Shown here in pieces: positions 35,600 to 47,617 of a stretch of 64,000 nt of DNA; position 1 is the stretch's first letter; every line of letters begins with the position of its first letter. The translations under genes were made by a program, and so were the position numbers. Under the pieces are notes generated by a model. It ran no database searches, was not told the origin of the DNA, and was given only the letters and a program-made list of their open reading frames with translations. Origin of the DNA: Negaprion brevirostris (Eukaryota); assembly GCA_030324005.1 (NCBI GenBank), contig JARDVH010000084.1, positions 70,465,676 through 70,529,675 of the forward strand. The letters run 5' to 3'.

Positions 35600-37500
35600 A
35601 AAGGCTGTTTGCTTGGATTAATCCCTGTATATGTGGCTCATGACTTTTCTTTGCCACCTAACCACAGAAGGAAAACTAACCCTCAACCACGTTCTGCCAC
35701 CAGGAATGTGTTGGAGTCGACCATCATTATTCTTAAGCAATGGGTTCACTGCCTTTGTTGCTCAATGGAACCCGACTGAAGCAAGTTTCCAAATTTGGTT
35801 GTTTCATGGCACGATTTTGCTGACCTCTGTCGAAGCTTACATTGCAACAGTAGAACATTGGGTAGCTTCCACCTTGGCTGCATTGGAAGCTGAGAAGATC
35901 GCTATTCTCATGCTGGAAAGGGTGTGTTCCAAAATCTGCTTCATCTCCCATCCCATGTTGAAGTCAATCTCCTCTATGCTTCTTGACAGCAATAAAGACC
36001 AAGCCTGCCAACGTACCATGCACTGTGGGTGCCTGCTCATCAGTGTTCTTCTGTAGGTCGCCACATCAATGTCCGAACCTATGCCCCCTGTAGTAGTAAT
36101 TGGCAATCTTGTCCTCCTGTGAGCTGTCTCACAAACTGTCCTTTCACCCTGGCCTGGCTTTGATTCACTCATGCCTGGTTAGTCACCAGACCCCATCCTG
36201 ACTCTATGCTATACCCTCCAATATATGTGTCATTATCTGAACTGGTGGCTGAGTGTCAGATCAAGTGACAGTACTTCTTCATACGTCTGTTGCAGCTCCC
36301 ATTCTTCCTCATGAGGCTGCTGTGGCTGGCCAGGTGGCTGTTCTCGAATTTCTGAAAATCAGAAGTGGAGATACTGTGATGAGGGATAATGAGTGGGGTG
36401 AAAAGCAAGAGGTAGCAATTGTCATGTGATTTGCAGCTTGCATTTCATGGAGGCAGCAGGGTGAGGTTGAAATGGGATTCAAGAAAGGTCATAAGATGGG
36501 AATGTAACGTCATGTTCTCAATGGTACTGGATAAAATGACCTCTGGAACTGCTGGCCCCNNNNNNNNNNNNNNNNNNNNNNNNNNNNNNNNNNNNNNNNN
36601 NNNNNNNNNNNNNNNNNNNNNNNNNNNNNNNNNNNNNNNNNNNNNNNNNNNNNNNNNNNCCACCTTGTCCTGAAAGAGAGCGGGAAGAATTTCTGTGAGT
36701 TGTTGCAATGTGTTTGGCTGACACATTGCTGCCATTGAATAACTGGTCGTATATGGAAGCAGCAAGAGTTGGTTGTGAGGCTGGCATCATTGGGAGGGTA
36801 TGTGATGGTGAGATGGAGAACCCGAATGTTAGGCTTGAAACTGGCTGCTCGGGATTGGTGATGGGCGAGGGATGGTGGTGTGGTGCATTAAGGGGGCAGC
36901 GTGGTGGCACAGTGGTCAGCACTGCTGCCTCAGAGCACCAAGGATTCCTGACTTGGGTCACTTTCACTGTCTGTGCAGTGTCTACGCGTTCTACCCGTGA
37001 CTGCATGAGTTTCCTTCCCACAGTCAGAAAGATGTGCTGGTTAGGTGCATTGGCCATGCTAAATTCTCCCTCAGTGTACTCCAGAACAGACACAGGAGTG
37101 TGTGACTTGGGGATTTTCACAGTAACTTAATTGAAATGTTAATGTGAGCCCACTTGTGACTAATAACTAAACTTCAAAATAAACATGAGAGGTTGGTAGT
37201 ATGGTGGATATCCAGTGTCATGTGAAGGTTCAATCTCTTCCGCATGAGATTATTGAACTTTCGGTGGCAATACTTCTGTCATTTGCTCCCTCGCCCTTCC
37301 TGCAACAACTTCCCTCTGTGCAAACTGTCAGCTGTCTTCAATAAGGTTTCCAATATCCACCCTAAGAATGTGGGATCCCTCTCTCTTAGCTGATGCTCCA
37401 TGGATCCACTTGCAAAACAGGCAGTCAGGAACAGCTCCCTTTTTAATAAGTACAGCTCCCGTTTAAGAGGAAAAGGTTGCTTTAAATAGCTGGAGGGCAG
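35600..37500 (-). mobile_element. Degenerate PIF/Harbinger-associated Myb/SANT-like gene remnant
   Basis: Minus strand RERDPTF...ILETLL then, in frame past a stop, QKYCHRKFNNLM (37278-37243). These resemble the RxRAPRF... and QCRKKFNDL motifs of Myb/SANT-like proteins. Acceptor-like TTTCAG|GACAAGGTG near 36670. Confidence 0.5.
36894..37180 (+). mobile_element. HE1-like V-SINE, alternative tail
   Basis: GGGCAGCGTGGTGGCACAGTGGTCAGCACTGCTGCC head; tail as in 24481. Confidence 0.8.
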
Positions 37501-37716
37501 CCAGAACACTTGTGATCACACTGCAGGGCCAACTATTGAGTGTACAGTCCACCAGCAGCACAGACCATGTTTATTTGTAGGCTTCAAATGAGGAAACAAT
37601 CCAAAGCTTGCGTGTAGTCTGTCTCAACATGATGGGGCACAGACTGATCAAGGGTCAAAGCATCTCTGCTTAAAAACAAGGAACATACTAACAGTTTGCT
37701 CTGTGAGCTTTCATAT

Positions 37717-38025
37717 GGCGGCACAGTGGTTAGCACTGCTGCCTCACAGCGCCAAAGACCTGGGTTCGATTCCAACCTTGGTTGATTGTCTGTGTCTGTG
37801 TGGAGTTTACACATTCTCCCCGTGTCTGCATGGNNNNNNNNNNGCATGGCTTTCCTTCCACAGTCCAGAAATGTGCAGATTAGATGGATTGGCCATGCTA
37901 CATTTCTCCTTAGTATCAGGGGGACTAGCAGAGTAAAAACAAGGGTTACAGTGTTATGGTGGGTTTGTTGTTGGTGCAGACTCGATGGGGCCAATGGTCT
38001 TCTGCGCAGTAGAGATTCTGTGATA
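37717..38025 (+). mobile_element. HE1-type V-SINE (CR1 tail)
   Basis: GGCGGCACAGTGGTTAGCACTGCTGCC head, GGTTCGATTCC B-box and CR1-type tail. Confidence 0.85.
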
Positions 38026-38781
38026 TGCCTTTTATCTATTTGGGGGTTAGGAATTGTGGATGAGATGATGATACATTCTGAATCAAATGACTCAAGAGTT
38101 GGAAATCTGGTATTTCTCCACTTCAGGGAGTTACAAACAGGTTGTATAGTGTTACCAACTTGACAAATACTTGCCTTGCAAATGTAATGTTACAGATAGA
38201 GGCAAGTTGTGTTTGCATAATGTTCCAGGGCAGTATTGCTCAGTTGTAATGCTACAAATGGAGACTATAACAGCAGTATTTTAGCAGTTATTTGTGATTG
38301 ACACCAATAAAACAATTAGTGCTTAGCTTACTTGACATTTAAAAAAATGTGCTGTATTTTATCTCACCCATTTTAGGAACATGTTACTTTTATTGGTGGC
38401 ATTTAAAGGACTTAAACTGCACAGGCAGTTAAATGTTTTCATTTAGTAATAAAGTTGTTGAAACATCATTTATTGACACAAGGTGCTTGGCCTGTTGATG
38501 GGTTCAAGAGGTTAGATGCTTAAAATGTAATTAAAGGACAATTGCAAAAGTTTCCATCACAACATAACTGTCTGCTTCAAAATCATCAACAGCATAGGAT
38601 TGTATTGGAATTGAATTCCTCGTTTTGAAATCAACTGAAAACAACTTCAGAATTAAAATACTTTAAACAAGTTAATTGAATTTCCCAACAAGATAATTGC
38701 CAGACTTTCACACCCACCCTTAAAATACATTTGGTATTGTAAATGCAATAATAAAGTTATATAAATTTATAGAATGATAAA

Positions 38782-38906
38782 ATTGGCCATGCTAAATTCT
38801 CCCTCGGCATACCCAAACATGTGCCGGAGTGTGGTGACTAGGGAATTTTCATAATAACTTAATTGCTGTGTTAATGTAAGTCTACTTGTGACCCTAATAA
38901 ATAAAG
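38782..38906 (+). mobile_element. 3' part of the alternative-tail V-SINE
   Basis: TTGGCCATGCTAAATTCTCCC...CTACTTGTGACCCTAATAAATAAA. Confidence 0.7.
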
Positions 38907-39271
38907 TAGCTGCATCCTCAAGTCCATTCAAAGCTTCCATTCATTCAATGTTCACACAGTCTCGTTTATAACAATGGGGAGTTCTGGCAGTGCATCCAAT
39001 GTCCAATAACAAGGGATGCCATCACCATTTTCTTTCTTGTAGCAGCTGGAACCACGTACTTGTTTCTTCAGCTCCCTCTCCCCGGAAGGAAGGTCTCATT
39101 GAGAGCAGAAATGGCTGTTTGAAGTTTTGATAGCTCATGTAATATGATTGCAATTCCTCATTTTAGACAGTCATTCTTGAGATTAGTCATAAATATTCCA
39201 AGTTGGAAAATTTAAAGTTTCTGGTCGTTGTTGCTGAGAACAGCATCGACTTGACCAGTGCACCTAAAGGC

Positions 39272-39730
39272 CTTGGAAGCTCTGGAGAGAATGCAACGAA
39301 GGTTCACCAGAATGTTGCCAGGTCTCAAGGGCATTGGCTATGAGAAAAGATTGAAAAAAACTAGGATTGTTTTCACTGGGAAGACGGAGGCTGAGGGGAG
39401 ACCTGTTAAAGGTCTACAAATTATGAGAGGCATAGACAGGGTGGATAGTTAGAGGCTTTTTCCCAGTGTGGAAGTGTCAATTGTGAAGGGGCACAGGTTC
39501 AAGGTGAAATGTCTGGGGGGAGTTTTCTTGCAGAGAGTGGTGTGTGCCTGGAACACACTGCCAGAGGAGGTGTGGAAGCAGCCACATTAGCAAATTTAAG
39601 AGGTATCCACGAATAGGGAAGGAATAGAGGGATACGGACCAAGTAAGGTTTAGTTAGGACACCATGATTGGCACAGGCTTGGAGGGCCGAAGGACCTGTT
39701 CCTTTGTTATACTTTTCTTTGTTCTTTGTA
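39272..39730 (+). mobile_element. CR1-clade LINE 3' end
   Basis: ALERMQRRFTRMLPGLKGIGYEKRL; GGGCCGAAGGACCTGTTCC...TTGTTCTTTG tail. Confidence 0.8.
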
Positions 39731-40380
39731 TTTGACCCAGTAAATCGAGAGGCTGAGTGGATTGCATTTCTAAGATTTGGATGTTCAAGAAATTTAATCA
39801 CAATCTTGCAATCACTTTATAATGATGTGACTGATATAGTCTTGAATGGGGGAGTGTGAAACAGATGCCTTCAGAATATGGACTGGGGTCAAGCAAAGCT
39901 GTGTGATGTACCCTGTACTATTTATAATCTATCTGGCTCTTCACCTCATCAAAATTAACTGCTGTCTGGTGTCAGCACTGAATATCTAGTTAGAAAACTC
40001 TTTAACCTTGATCACCTCTGAGCCAAAGCAAGAGTGACCTCCATAGATATACATGATCTACAGCTTGCAGTTGATTGCAGTGTCGTTGCCCAGTGTAATT
40101 TGAAAGCCACCCTCTTTAATTCTGCAGACGCAAAACTTGGAGAAAGGCTGCTGTCAAAAAAAATTATATATCAACTTGCATCTGGTCAGTCAAGCACTCC
40201 ACCTCCCATCATACGTTTAATGGAGAGAATATGGAATATATCGGGTATTTCCTACACCTAGGCAGCCAGTCTCCATTGATATGAATATCCGACACTGGAT
40301 TCTTGTTGGATAGTTCAGTACGCCCCAAATGATGGAAGCGAGTGTTTAATAACAAAGACCTCTGCAAGACAACAAACATC
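39730..40380 (+). mobile_element. RTE-clade LINE RT fragment
   Basis: FDPVNREAEW..FLRFGCSRNLITILQSLYND and TGVKQSCV..P.LF are RTE-type RT motifs. Confidence 0.7.
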
Positions 40381-40384
40381 CCAG

Positions 40385-41095
40385 ACTAGAATTTTATGCT
40401 CCCTCTCTCCACCCCCCACCCCCAATGAGTTTAGAGATGGGAACGTAAAATTACATGAATGGGAGTTCCCTTCTGGGTTTCCACCTGCCTTGACCCAGGT
40501 ATGACTTTACGATGGGGCAGGCACAGCCTTAGATGGGAAGACCACACTTGTCCGAATTAAGTTCTCTAAAATTGACATTTAATGGCTGCTTTTCCCACCC
40601 AGCTTCAATTTTTTGGCTAGTTGGCACCAGTTAATCCAGGATGGGGAGGATCAGGTGGCATGCCCATCGGAAGTCTCCTTTTGTATGGGGGAGGGGGTGT
40701 ATGCCCTCTCCTCAGGGATCAGACGCATCTCAACCTCCCTTCACCACATCTGCCTACTCCCAAAAACCCCCTCATGACCTCCCGAGTTGGTCCCCACCCA
40801 AGAAACCTACTACTCGCCTGGCCTCCATGTTCTGACATTTATTGCCAGGCATGTTGTTGTAATGCCTCATCCAGCCATTACAGTACTGTTCCTTGAGAGA
40901 CTGGAGAGCTGCTGATGAATCTGATTGGCTGGCAGCTCTCCAAGATGTGACTTCTTCCTGGTAATAGGTAGAAGTCCTGCCTGCTGCCAATTAACACTTG
41001 TCAGAGCCTAGAATGGCAGCAGGTCTGTCAGAGTCGATGAGAATACGCTCCCCCTCAAGTCTCCAACTGGTGTGGGTCAAGCCCCTACTTCAGGC
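40385..41095. mobile_element. Non-autonomous DNA-transposon-like repeat (related copies at ~1985-2250 and 44643-44960)
   Basis: Shared GAGAGCTGCTG...TGATTGGCTGGCAGCTC motif in all three copies; GACTAGAATTTT-type terminus. Confidence 0.45.
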
Positions 41096-41099
41096 CACA

Positions 41100-41420
41100 A
41101 TGTCTAATATGAGATGTGATTCCAAAATTGGACAGTGCTTGCTAAACAATCCCGATAGTGCTAAGATTTGCACTGAAAAGCAATTTCATATTATCAGCTG
41201 GGCTCACAGTGCGGTTCCCTTATCTATGCTAGAAACCACATATATTCACGAACAGAACACTTTGCAACTTGAAGGAACACGACCATGCATTGTGCCTTTC
41301 ACAACTAAACAAAAACTTGTGGGACAGCCATTCCCTGGGACATTACTGCTGGTAATACCTTGACCAATCAGAGTTGACCTGTTTGGTTTGAATTTAAACA
41401 AAGGCTTAGTAGTTAACCGT
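41100..41420 (+). mobile_element. Penelope-like element (second family), GIY-YIG C-terminal remnant
   Basis: DSKIGQCLLNNPDSAK....QFHIISWAHS...LSMLETTYI resembles the PLE endonuclease C-terminus (SAIGQHLL.NP.CA...F.I...LEA.YI). Confidence 0.65.
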
Positions 41421-41739
41421 TACTTTTAGCTACATAGGGCATTAAACTTTCTAGGATGACATTTTTGTAGCTTACTAGAGCTGTGATTATTTCTCAAACT
41501 GGAATGATTGAGTCACCATAAGCTTGAAGAATGTATGTTGCAGGAGCGAAAGAACATTGCAAAAAATACCAATGGTAATCTTAATATAGATATTTTCAAG
41601 CCAATAACAATGAGAGGCTACATTGAGATGGCTGCGATCTCAACTAACATGTTTTAAAAATAACCCAGTGCTTTACCGTTTATGATGGTACACACATGCT
41701 CTCAGGAAGAGACTCATTTATGCATTGAACCAATGAAAT

Positions 41740-42030
41740 CTTCTTCTTTTACCCACACACATTTGTGAAGCATGAGTTACGCTTTCCTTTGTGAGAACCT
41801 GAATGTTGTAAATCAATCAGTGGACAATATTTTGAAGGTATCTGACCGTGGGAATCCTGTTGATGAGATTGCTGAAGTCTCTTTGTCCATAACCATGTAC
41901 TTGAGCCATTGAGCAAGCTGTTTCCACAGCTTTGACTCTGAAGGCACATGTCTGTGTAATGCTGCCACATATACTTCGATGGAATCACCCTGGCATCTCT
42001 GGTGGAATGTATTTTGTTTGATCATTGTAT
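41740..42030 (-). mobile_element. Possible Gypsy gag remnant
   Basis: TFHQRCQGDSIEVYVAALH resembles the gag F..R.Q..GES...Y...L motif. Confidence 0.4.
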
Positions 42031-42062
42031 TTCTCTTTGGGCTAAGGTATTTTCCAAGCGCA

Positions 42063-42455
42063 CTTTTTTATTATTCATTCGTGGGACATGGGCATCGCTG
42101 GCTGACCAGGATTTATTGTCCATCCCTAGTTGCCCTTGAACTGAGTGCTTGGCTAGGCCATTTCAGAGGGCAGTTGAGAGTCAACCACATTGCTGTGGCT
42201 CTGGATTCACAAGTTGGCCAGACTGGGTAAGGATGGCAAATTTCTTTCTTTAAAGGATATTGATGAACCAGATGGGTTTCCTGACAATCAACAATAGTTT
42301 CACAATCATCAATAGATTCTTAATTCAAGATATTTTTTATTGAATTCAAATTCCATCATCTGCCATGGCGGGATTCGAACCCGAGACCCCATGACATTAG
42401 CTGAGTTCCTGGATTAATAGTCTAGCGATAATACCATTAGGCCATCACCTCCCCT
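42063..42455 (-). mobile_element. SINE family B, full-length and well preserved
   Basis: Minus strand A-box TGGCCTAATGG, B-box GGTTCGAATCC and tail CCCATGTCCCACGAATGAATAATAAAAAA. Confidence 0.85.
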
Positions 42456-42497
42456 CAATAATAATGGTGACCTTATAGTAGATGAGAAGTTCAAAAG

Positions 42498-42773
42498 GAC
42501 TTAAATTTCTACCGCACCTTTCACAACCTCAGAAAATTCCTAAGTATTCTATAGCCAATTAAGGAACCTTGAAGCGCAGTCACTGTTTCAGTGTTGGAAT
42601 AACAGCAAGCAACATGTGCACTGCAAATCCCACAAATTGCAATGTGATAATGAGCGGTTCATCTACATTGGTGAGGTTAGGGTTAGGGTTAGTTGGTGAG
42701 GTTAAATATTAAGTGAAATGCTGCTCTTCATTGCAAGAGCCATGGAGTCTTTTACATCAACCTCAGAGGGCAG
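42498..42773 (-). mobile_element. Deu-domain SINE (SacSINE1/AmnSINE1-like)
   Basis: Minus strand CCCTCTGAGGTTGATGTAAAAGACTCCATGGC...GAAGAGCAG...CATTATCACATTGCAATTTGTGGGA...CAGTGACTGCGCTTCAAG...TGAAAGGTGCG matches the Deu-domain and tail consensus as I recall it. Confidence 0.7.
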
Positions 42774-43270
42774 TTGCAACCAAAATATTAATGTAAGTGG
42801 CTAACGAGGGACTGGCCGAGACAGGCAAGTGTTGAACAATCCATTAATTTAGCAGTGGAGTATAAATTATCTACAAATAATGATTAAAGAATCATTTTCA
42901 TGGAGGCATGAAGCCATTTATTCTTATTTTTAGGTTGCAAACTCTACTTTCTAATATGATTTAAAACAATTCTTGCCATTTAGTCGTAACATTTTTTTAA
43001 AATTCACTTTGGTGCATGTGAGGTAAGTTAACAGCAAGATTTGTGATTGTATGTGTTAGAATGAGCAGTTCATCTGGGTGGCAGGTTGCTTTAAGAGCTG
43101 ATCAGATGATTTGATAGCAATGTCATTAGGGTGTTAGAAGCTGCTGTTACAGCTCTTTCAATAAAACCTGTTGTGTGTTAGTTCCAAGCTATGTATGCAA
43201 ATAATAGCCTTTTCTTTTTGTTAACACTCACAATTCCAAACATAGTTAGGACATTACAATATGTTATCTA

Positions 43271-43504
43271 TGAAATAACTTCCGTGAAGCTGGTGTCCCT
43301 TCACAAAAAGCAATTGATTTACAATGGTTTGCAATACTCAGACAGATACTTTGCAGTATAGAGTATGTATCCCAAGTGCCAGTGACCCAGGCATTCACAT
43401 TATATGTCTCTGTTGAGCTCCCTGACTGTGCAGCTTTAACAGGCCTCAATTAAGGGAGCTCATATTCCAGAAGATCCAACTTGGATCTCTTTGAAGTCAT
43501 AACA
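43271..43504 (-). mobile_element. Solo LTR (234 bp), same family as 16729-16963
   Basis: TG...CA termini (TGAAATAAC...CATAACA) and a near-perfect 5-bp TSD (ATCTA/ATCCA). Confidence 0.65.
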
Positions 43505-44171
43505 ATCCACAAAAGGATAGTCAACTTATTTGTGACATTATTGTAAACTTATCAATATAATTTGTAGTTGATGTTGGGGAAAGGCCCCATAAATCGTAAC
43601 GGGTATTTGCTTAAAATTGACCTGGAGACTCAGGCAGTGAAGACTAAGAGACAAATGGGGCAAAAGTGAATCAGTGGGATCTACCCAGCGATGTTTTGTT
43701 AAGGTTTTCTGTCCTGTGGCATTTGTGACATTTGAGGTTGCTTTCCAAGTGAAACTCTGGCAATCAAACTGAGCTGAAACTAGTCAAAAGAAGAAATAAA
43801 TCAGCTGACATTCTATTGTTGCTGCTGAGAATCCCCCATCTGGTAAAATTCCTGACCTCCATCTGTTGTATCAGATGTGTAGATAGTCGGCAAAGGCAAA
43901 CGTGCTTTCCCTCAGGGAGGTAGACTCAGAGGGCACAACTCCCAGCTGCTTGTCGTACAGCCACAGAAATCCAGGCCTTGGGAACAAGGTAGCCACCAGG
44001 GGAATTCTGCAGGATATATGAAAGCCAAGAGAGAGGGTTAAGAAACCATTCCGCTCGATTCACCTCATGATCTTCATCATCTTTACCTTGTTTCTTAAAA
44101 TTAACTAAAAGCAAGAACTGGTTTTCATGAAACACAAAATAAAACTTTCCCTTGATATTATTAAAGATGCA

Positions 44172-44542
44172 GCTTAATCTGGGATAGTCAGCACGGTTTC
44201 GCGAGGGGTAAGTCTTGCCTCACAAATTTGATTGAATTCTTTGAGGAGGTCATTAAGTGTGTAGACAAAGGTAGAGCAGTTGATGTCATATACATGGATT
44301 TTAGTAAGGCATTTGATAAGGTTCCCCATGGTAGGCTCATGAAGAAAGCAAGGAGGTGTGGGATAGAAGAACATTTGGCTGATTGGAGAAGTAACTGGCT
44401 GTCTCATAGAAGATGGAGGGTGGTGGTGGAGGGAAAATTTTCAGACTGGAGGCCAGTTACCAGCTGTGTACCACAGGGATCAGTGCTGGGTCCTCTGCTA
44501 TTTGTGATTTTTATCAATGACTTGGAAGAGGGGGCTGAAGGG
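44172..44542 (+). mobile_element. CR1-clade LINE RT fragment (relatively young, open frame)
   Basis: [18 protein letters not shown]...[19 protein letters not shown]...[19 protein letters not shown]; runs into an N gap. Confidence 0.9.
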
Positions 44543-45279
44543 NNNNNNNNNNNNNNNNNNNNNNNNNNNNNNNNNNNNNNNNNNNNNNNNNNNNNNNNNN
44601 NNNNNNNNNNNNNNNNNNNNNNNNNNNNNNNNNNNNNNNNNNCAGTGCCTCTCCTGGCCCCTCCAGTGCTGTGCCTGGATGGGGTTGGAGAGCTAGCTGG
44701 AGGCAAGTTTGATTGGCTGGTAGCTCACCAAGGCGGGACTTCCTTCCAAGTGAGGATGGCAGTCCTACCTACTGCCAATCAATACTCATTTTGGTGTAAA
44801 ATGGCGGTGGGCCTCTTGGAATTGATGGGAGTGCCTTCTCCTGAGCCACCAGGGAACCCATCAGCCAATTACAGGCCACCGTGGGGTGGGGAGGCAGAGG
44901 CAGGGGCAGGGGCAAAAAATCACAGCCTACGTGTAAGTGGATGAGTCAAATTGGGCCCCTTGTCTTGGTTGAGCTAGCATGGAAGTTGCTACATCGCAAA
45001 TAGCATCAGCATTGGGGGAAATACATTACAATTCTTCTTGTACCTGACCCCGTCCCCTGATTAATAAACAGAAAGCTTCAAGGAAAATAAAAGTTGACAC
45101 TTTGCAAAATTCTACAGCCAGCATGCTGGAAGTTATTTTTATACATAGCCTACAAACTTTTACATGATGTCAGAACTAAGATAGAATGTGACATCTAAAG
45201 CTAATTTGTTGCTGGAAGTCTCCATTGCACAAGCACGCATACAATGGAATATCATTTCAAGTATAGCCACTCACCTTGA

Positions 45280-46150
45280 GAGAAAAATGCAAGTGTTGGC
45301 CCTCATATCGTTGGATGTGATGGAGAGTTAATTGATAAACAGTGAGGAAAAGTATGTATGCAACCAAAAATTATTAATGTTGCTGATGAATGAATATTTT
45401 ACACTACAGAAGGATATGATGTACAGAAACTGTATTTACTGCAGGCTTTTAAACCAGGGATAACTCATTGATCAATATGTAATAAACTTGTGAGAGAAAA
45501 TAAGTCTTGTGTGCTTAGTTATCTTGTAGATAGCTTCACTGAAGACAGAATTATCGTTGGGATAATAAAGCACCTATCTCCAGATTCTATAGCAAACACT
45601 TAATATTTGCAGAGATAGTAAAGGCTGAAACAAAACACATTTACAACACTAATCCAAGATCTGCAGTGCTGTAAGTGAATGAAGAAGAGATTATAATTTC
45701 AAATAGTGGAAAAATATCAGATGTAGCTGGTTAGCAGATCACAAGCTGTAAATGGTATGAAGGTAAAAATGTCTATCGTCCAGCCAAATGTCACACGGGG
45801 AATGGTTTTTTTTCAAATTCTTAATTAAGTTCTGAATTTGTACAACTTTTTATACAAATTCCCCTGCTTGTCAGTCCAGTCAAATGAGAAGTAAGTTTAG
45901 AATGTGAAGGAGAAAAAAGCTGAATGAAAACAAAAATTGACATTATTTGGACATTATGTTGCGTGGACAGCTGACCTGAAGGTAAGTTGCATAAAAGTTC
46001 ATGTTAAGCTACAGTTGTAACACCATGCCTCAGTTTCTATAAAGCTAACTGACCAAATCCAATGCGAAGCTGGTAATTTGGATGAGTCATTGTTAGCTAC
46101 TACTGGTATAAAGACATAACAAGATCACCAGCTTCATCTAGGTGACAGAG
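45280..46150 (+). mobile_element. Highly degenerate Gypsy-like gag remnant
   Basis: EYFTLQK, LIDQYVINL and DSFTEDRIIVGI (~45390-45565) resemble Gypsy gag motifs. Confidence 0.45.
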
Positions 46151-46611
46151 AAGAATGTCAATGTACAACAGGAAAGTTTCTGGATAAGTGTCTATAGATG
46201 ACCTGGACATTAAGAAAAGTTGAAGGCAGTGGCCACTGCCACTTTTGCGGCTACTGGGAATGTGCGGTAACTAGCTTGAGCAGAGAAAGTACCTTCTTCA
46301 AGGAACAGTGCCCTCAACTTTTCTTTATCTTCAGATCATCTAGACACTTATCCAAAAACTTTCCGTTGTTTGCACATACATGCAAAGCAAGATACTAATG
46401 GGTCGTTTGCCAGTTTGACAATTACATTCAACTTGAATATGTGGTGCCAGTAGAATGAGCTGTTGCTTGGGTTTACATTTCAGACTGGCTTCCCATGGTC
46501 CAGGGCATCCTAACAACTGCACACACATGGTTATCCATTCATCTCCCATATCAACTAGAAACATTCATAACCTGCAAGGCATTCCATTCCATCAATAACA
46601 AAAGATCTTTT

Positions 46612-46895
46612 TTAAGTTTATTTATTAGTGTCACAAGTAGGCTTACATTAACACCAATGACATTATTGTGAAAATCCTCTAGTCTTTTCAGGTATACTGA
46701 GGGAGAATTTAGCATGACCAGTGCTCATAACCAGTACATCTTTCGGACTGTGGGAAGAAACCAGAGCACCTGGAGGAAAACCATGTAGACATGGGGACAA
46801 GGTGCAGACTCCACACACAAAATACCCCAAGCCGGGAATCAAACCTGGATCCCTGGCACTGTGAAGCAATAGTGCTAACCACTGTGACACCGTGC
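46612..46895 (-). mobile_element. HE1-like V-SINE, alternative tail
   Basis: Reverse copy; TTTATTTATTAGTGTCACAAGTAGGCTTACATTAACA tail. Confidence 0.8.
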
Positions 46896-47076
46896 TGTGT
46901 GTCAGATTTGCAGAGAGCGGCCATGATGCTTTCAGCCTGCAGTGGTCCAATAGTTGGACTTTTTTTGAACTAGCTGGGTTAACGAGACAACAGACACTCA
47001 CTTCAAACTTGGGTGCCGAAACCTGTGAGAAGCCCAACAAATGAAGCTCAAGAGCAAGACATCAGAAGCCATATAG

Positions 47077-47617
47077 GGCCTGATTTTACCACTTTCACTC
47101 TAAGTGCCGATTCTGAGCGTAGTACAGATCTGACTGAGAAACCCGCTTGCAGGCACCCCCATACACTCTCTCAGCAATCTCCAGTCACATNNNNNNNNNN
47201 NNNNNNNNNNNNNNNNNNNNNNNNNNNNNNNNNNNNNNNNNNNNNNNNNNNNNNNNNNNNNNNNNNNNNNNNNNNNNNNNNNNNNNNNNNAACATGCTCT
47301 TCAGAACTGGAGCACCCGACTCAGATTTTTATTCAATACGTCTCTATAAGCACGGTTCTGGATTGGTAAATGCAGTGGTAAAGGAGGAAATTTTGATAGA
47401 GTTAGGCAAGAAGTTCATTAATTCAATTTACATGCAAATGCATTTAAATCATCATCGTGCTTGGTTTGGGTGCGGAACAGATCCCCGCCATCCATAGGTC
47501 TCAGTAAAGTGGCAATCTGCGTGGACTCGGGTGCAGATCACGATGAAAGCCTCACACCCGACCTTACCAAGATTTCGTGCCCGAAAACAGGCGCAAATTG
47601 TTGGTAAAATTGGGCCC
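47077..47617. mobile_element. MITE with 16-bp terminal inverted repeats (Harbinger-like termini)
   Basis: GGGCCTGATTTTACCA ... TGGTAAAATTGGGCCC. Confidence 0.65.

Noticed and set aside
42370-42455. tRNA gene (good A- and B-boxes)
   Set aside because: It is the head of a multi-copy SINE; the box spacing is too long and there is no cloverleaf or terminator.
44228-44944. 238-aa ORF, the longest in the window
   Set aside because: It is a CR1 RT fragment joined across an N gap to unrelated repeat sequence, not a host gene.
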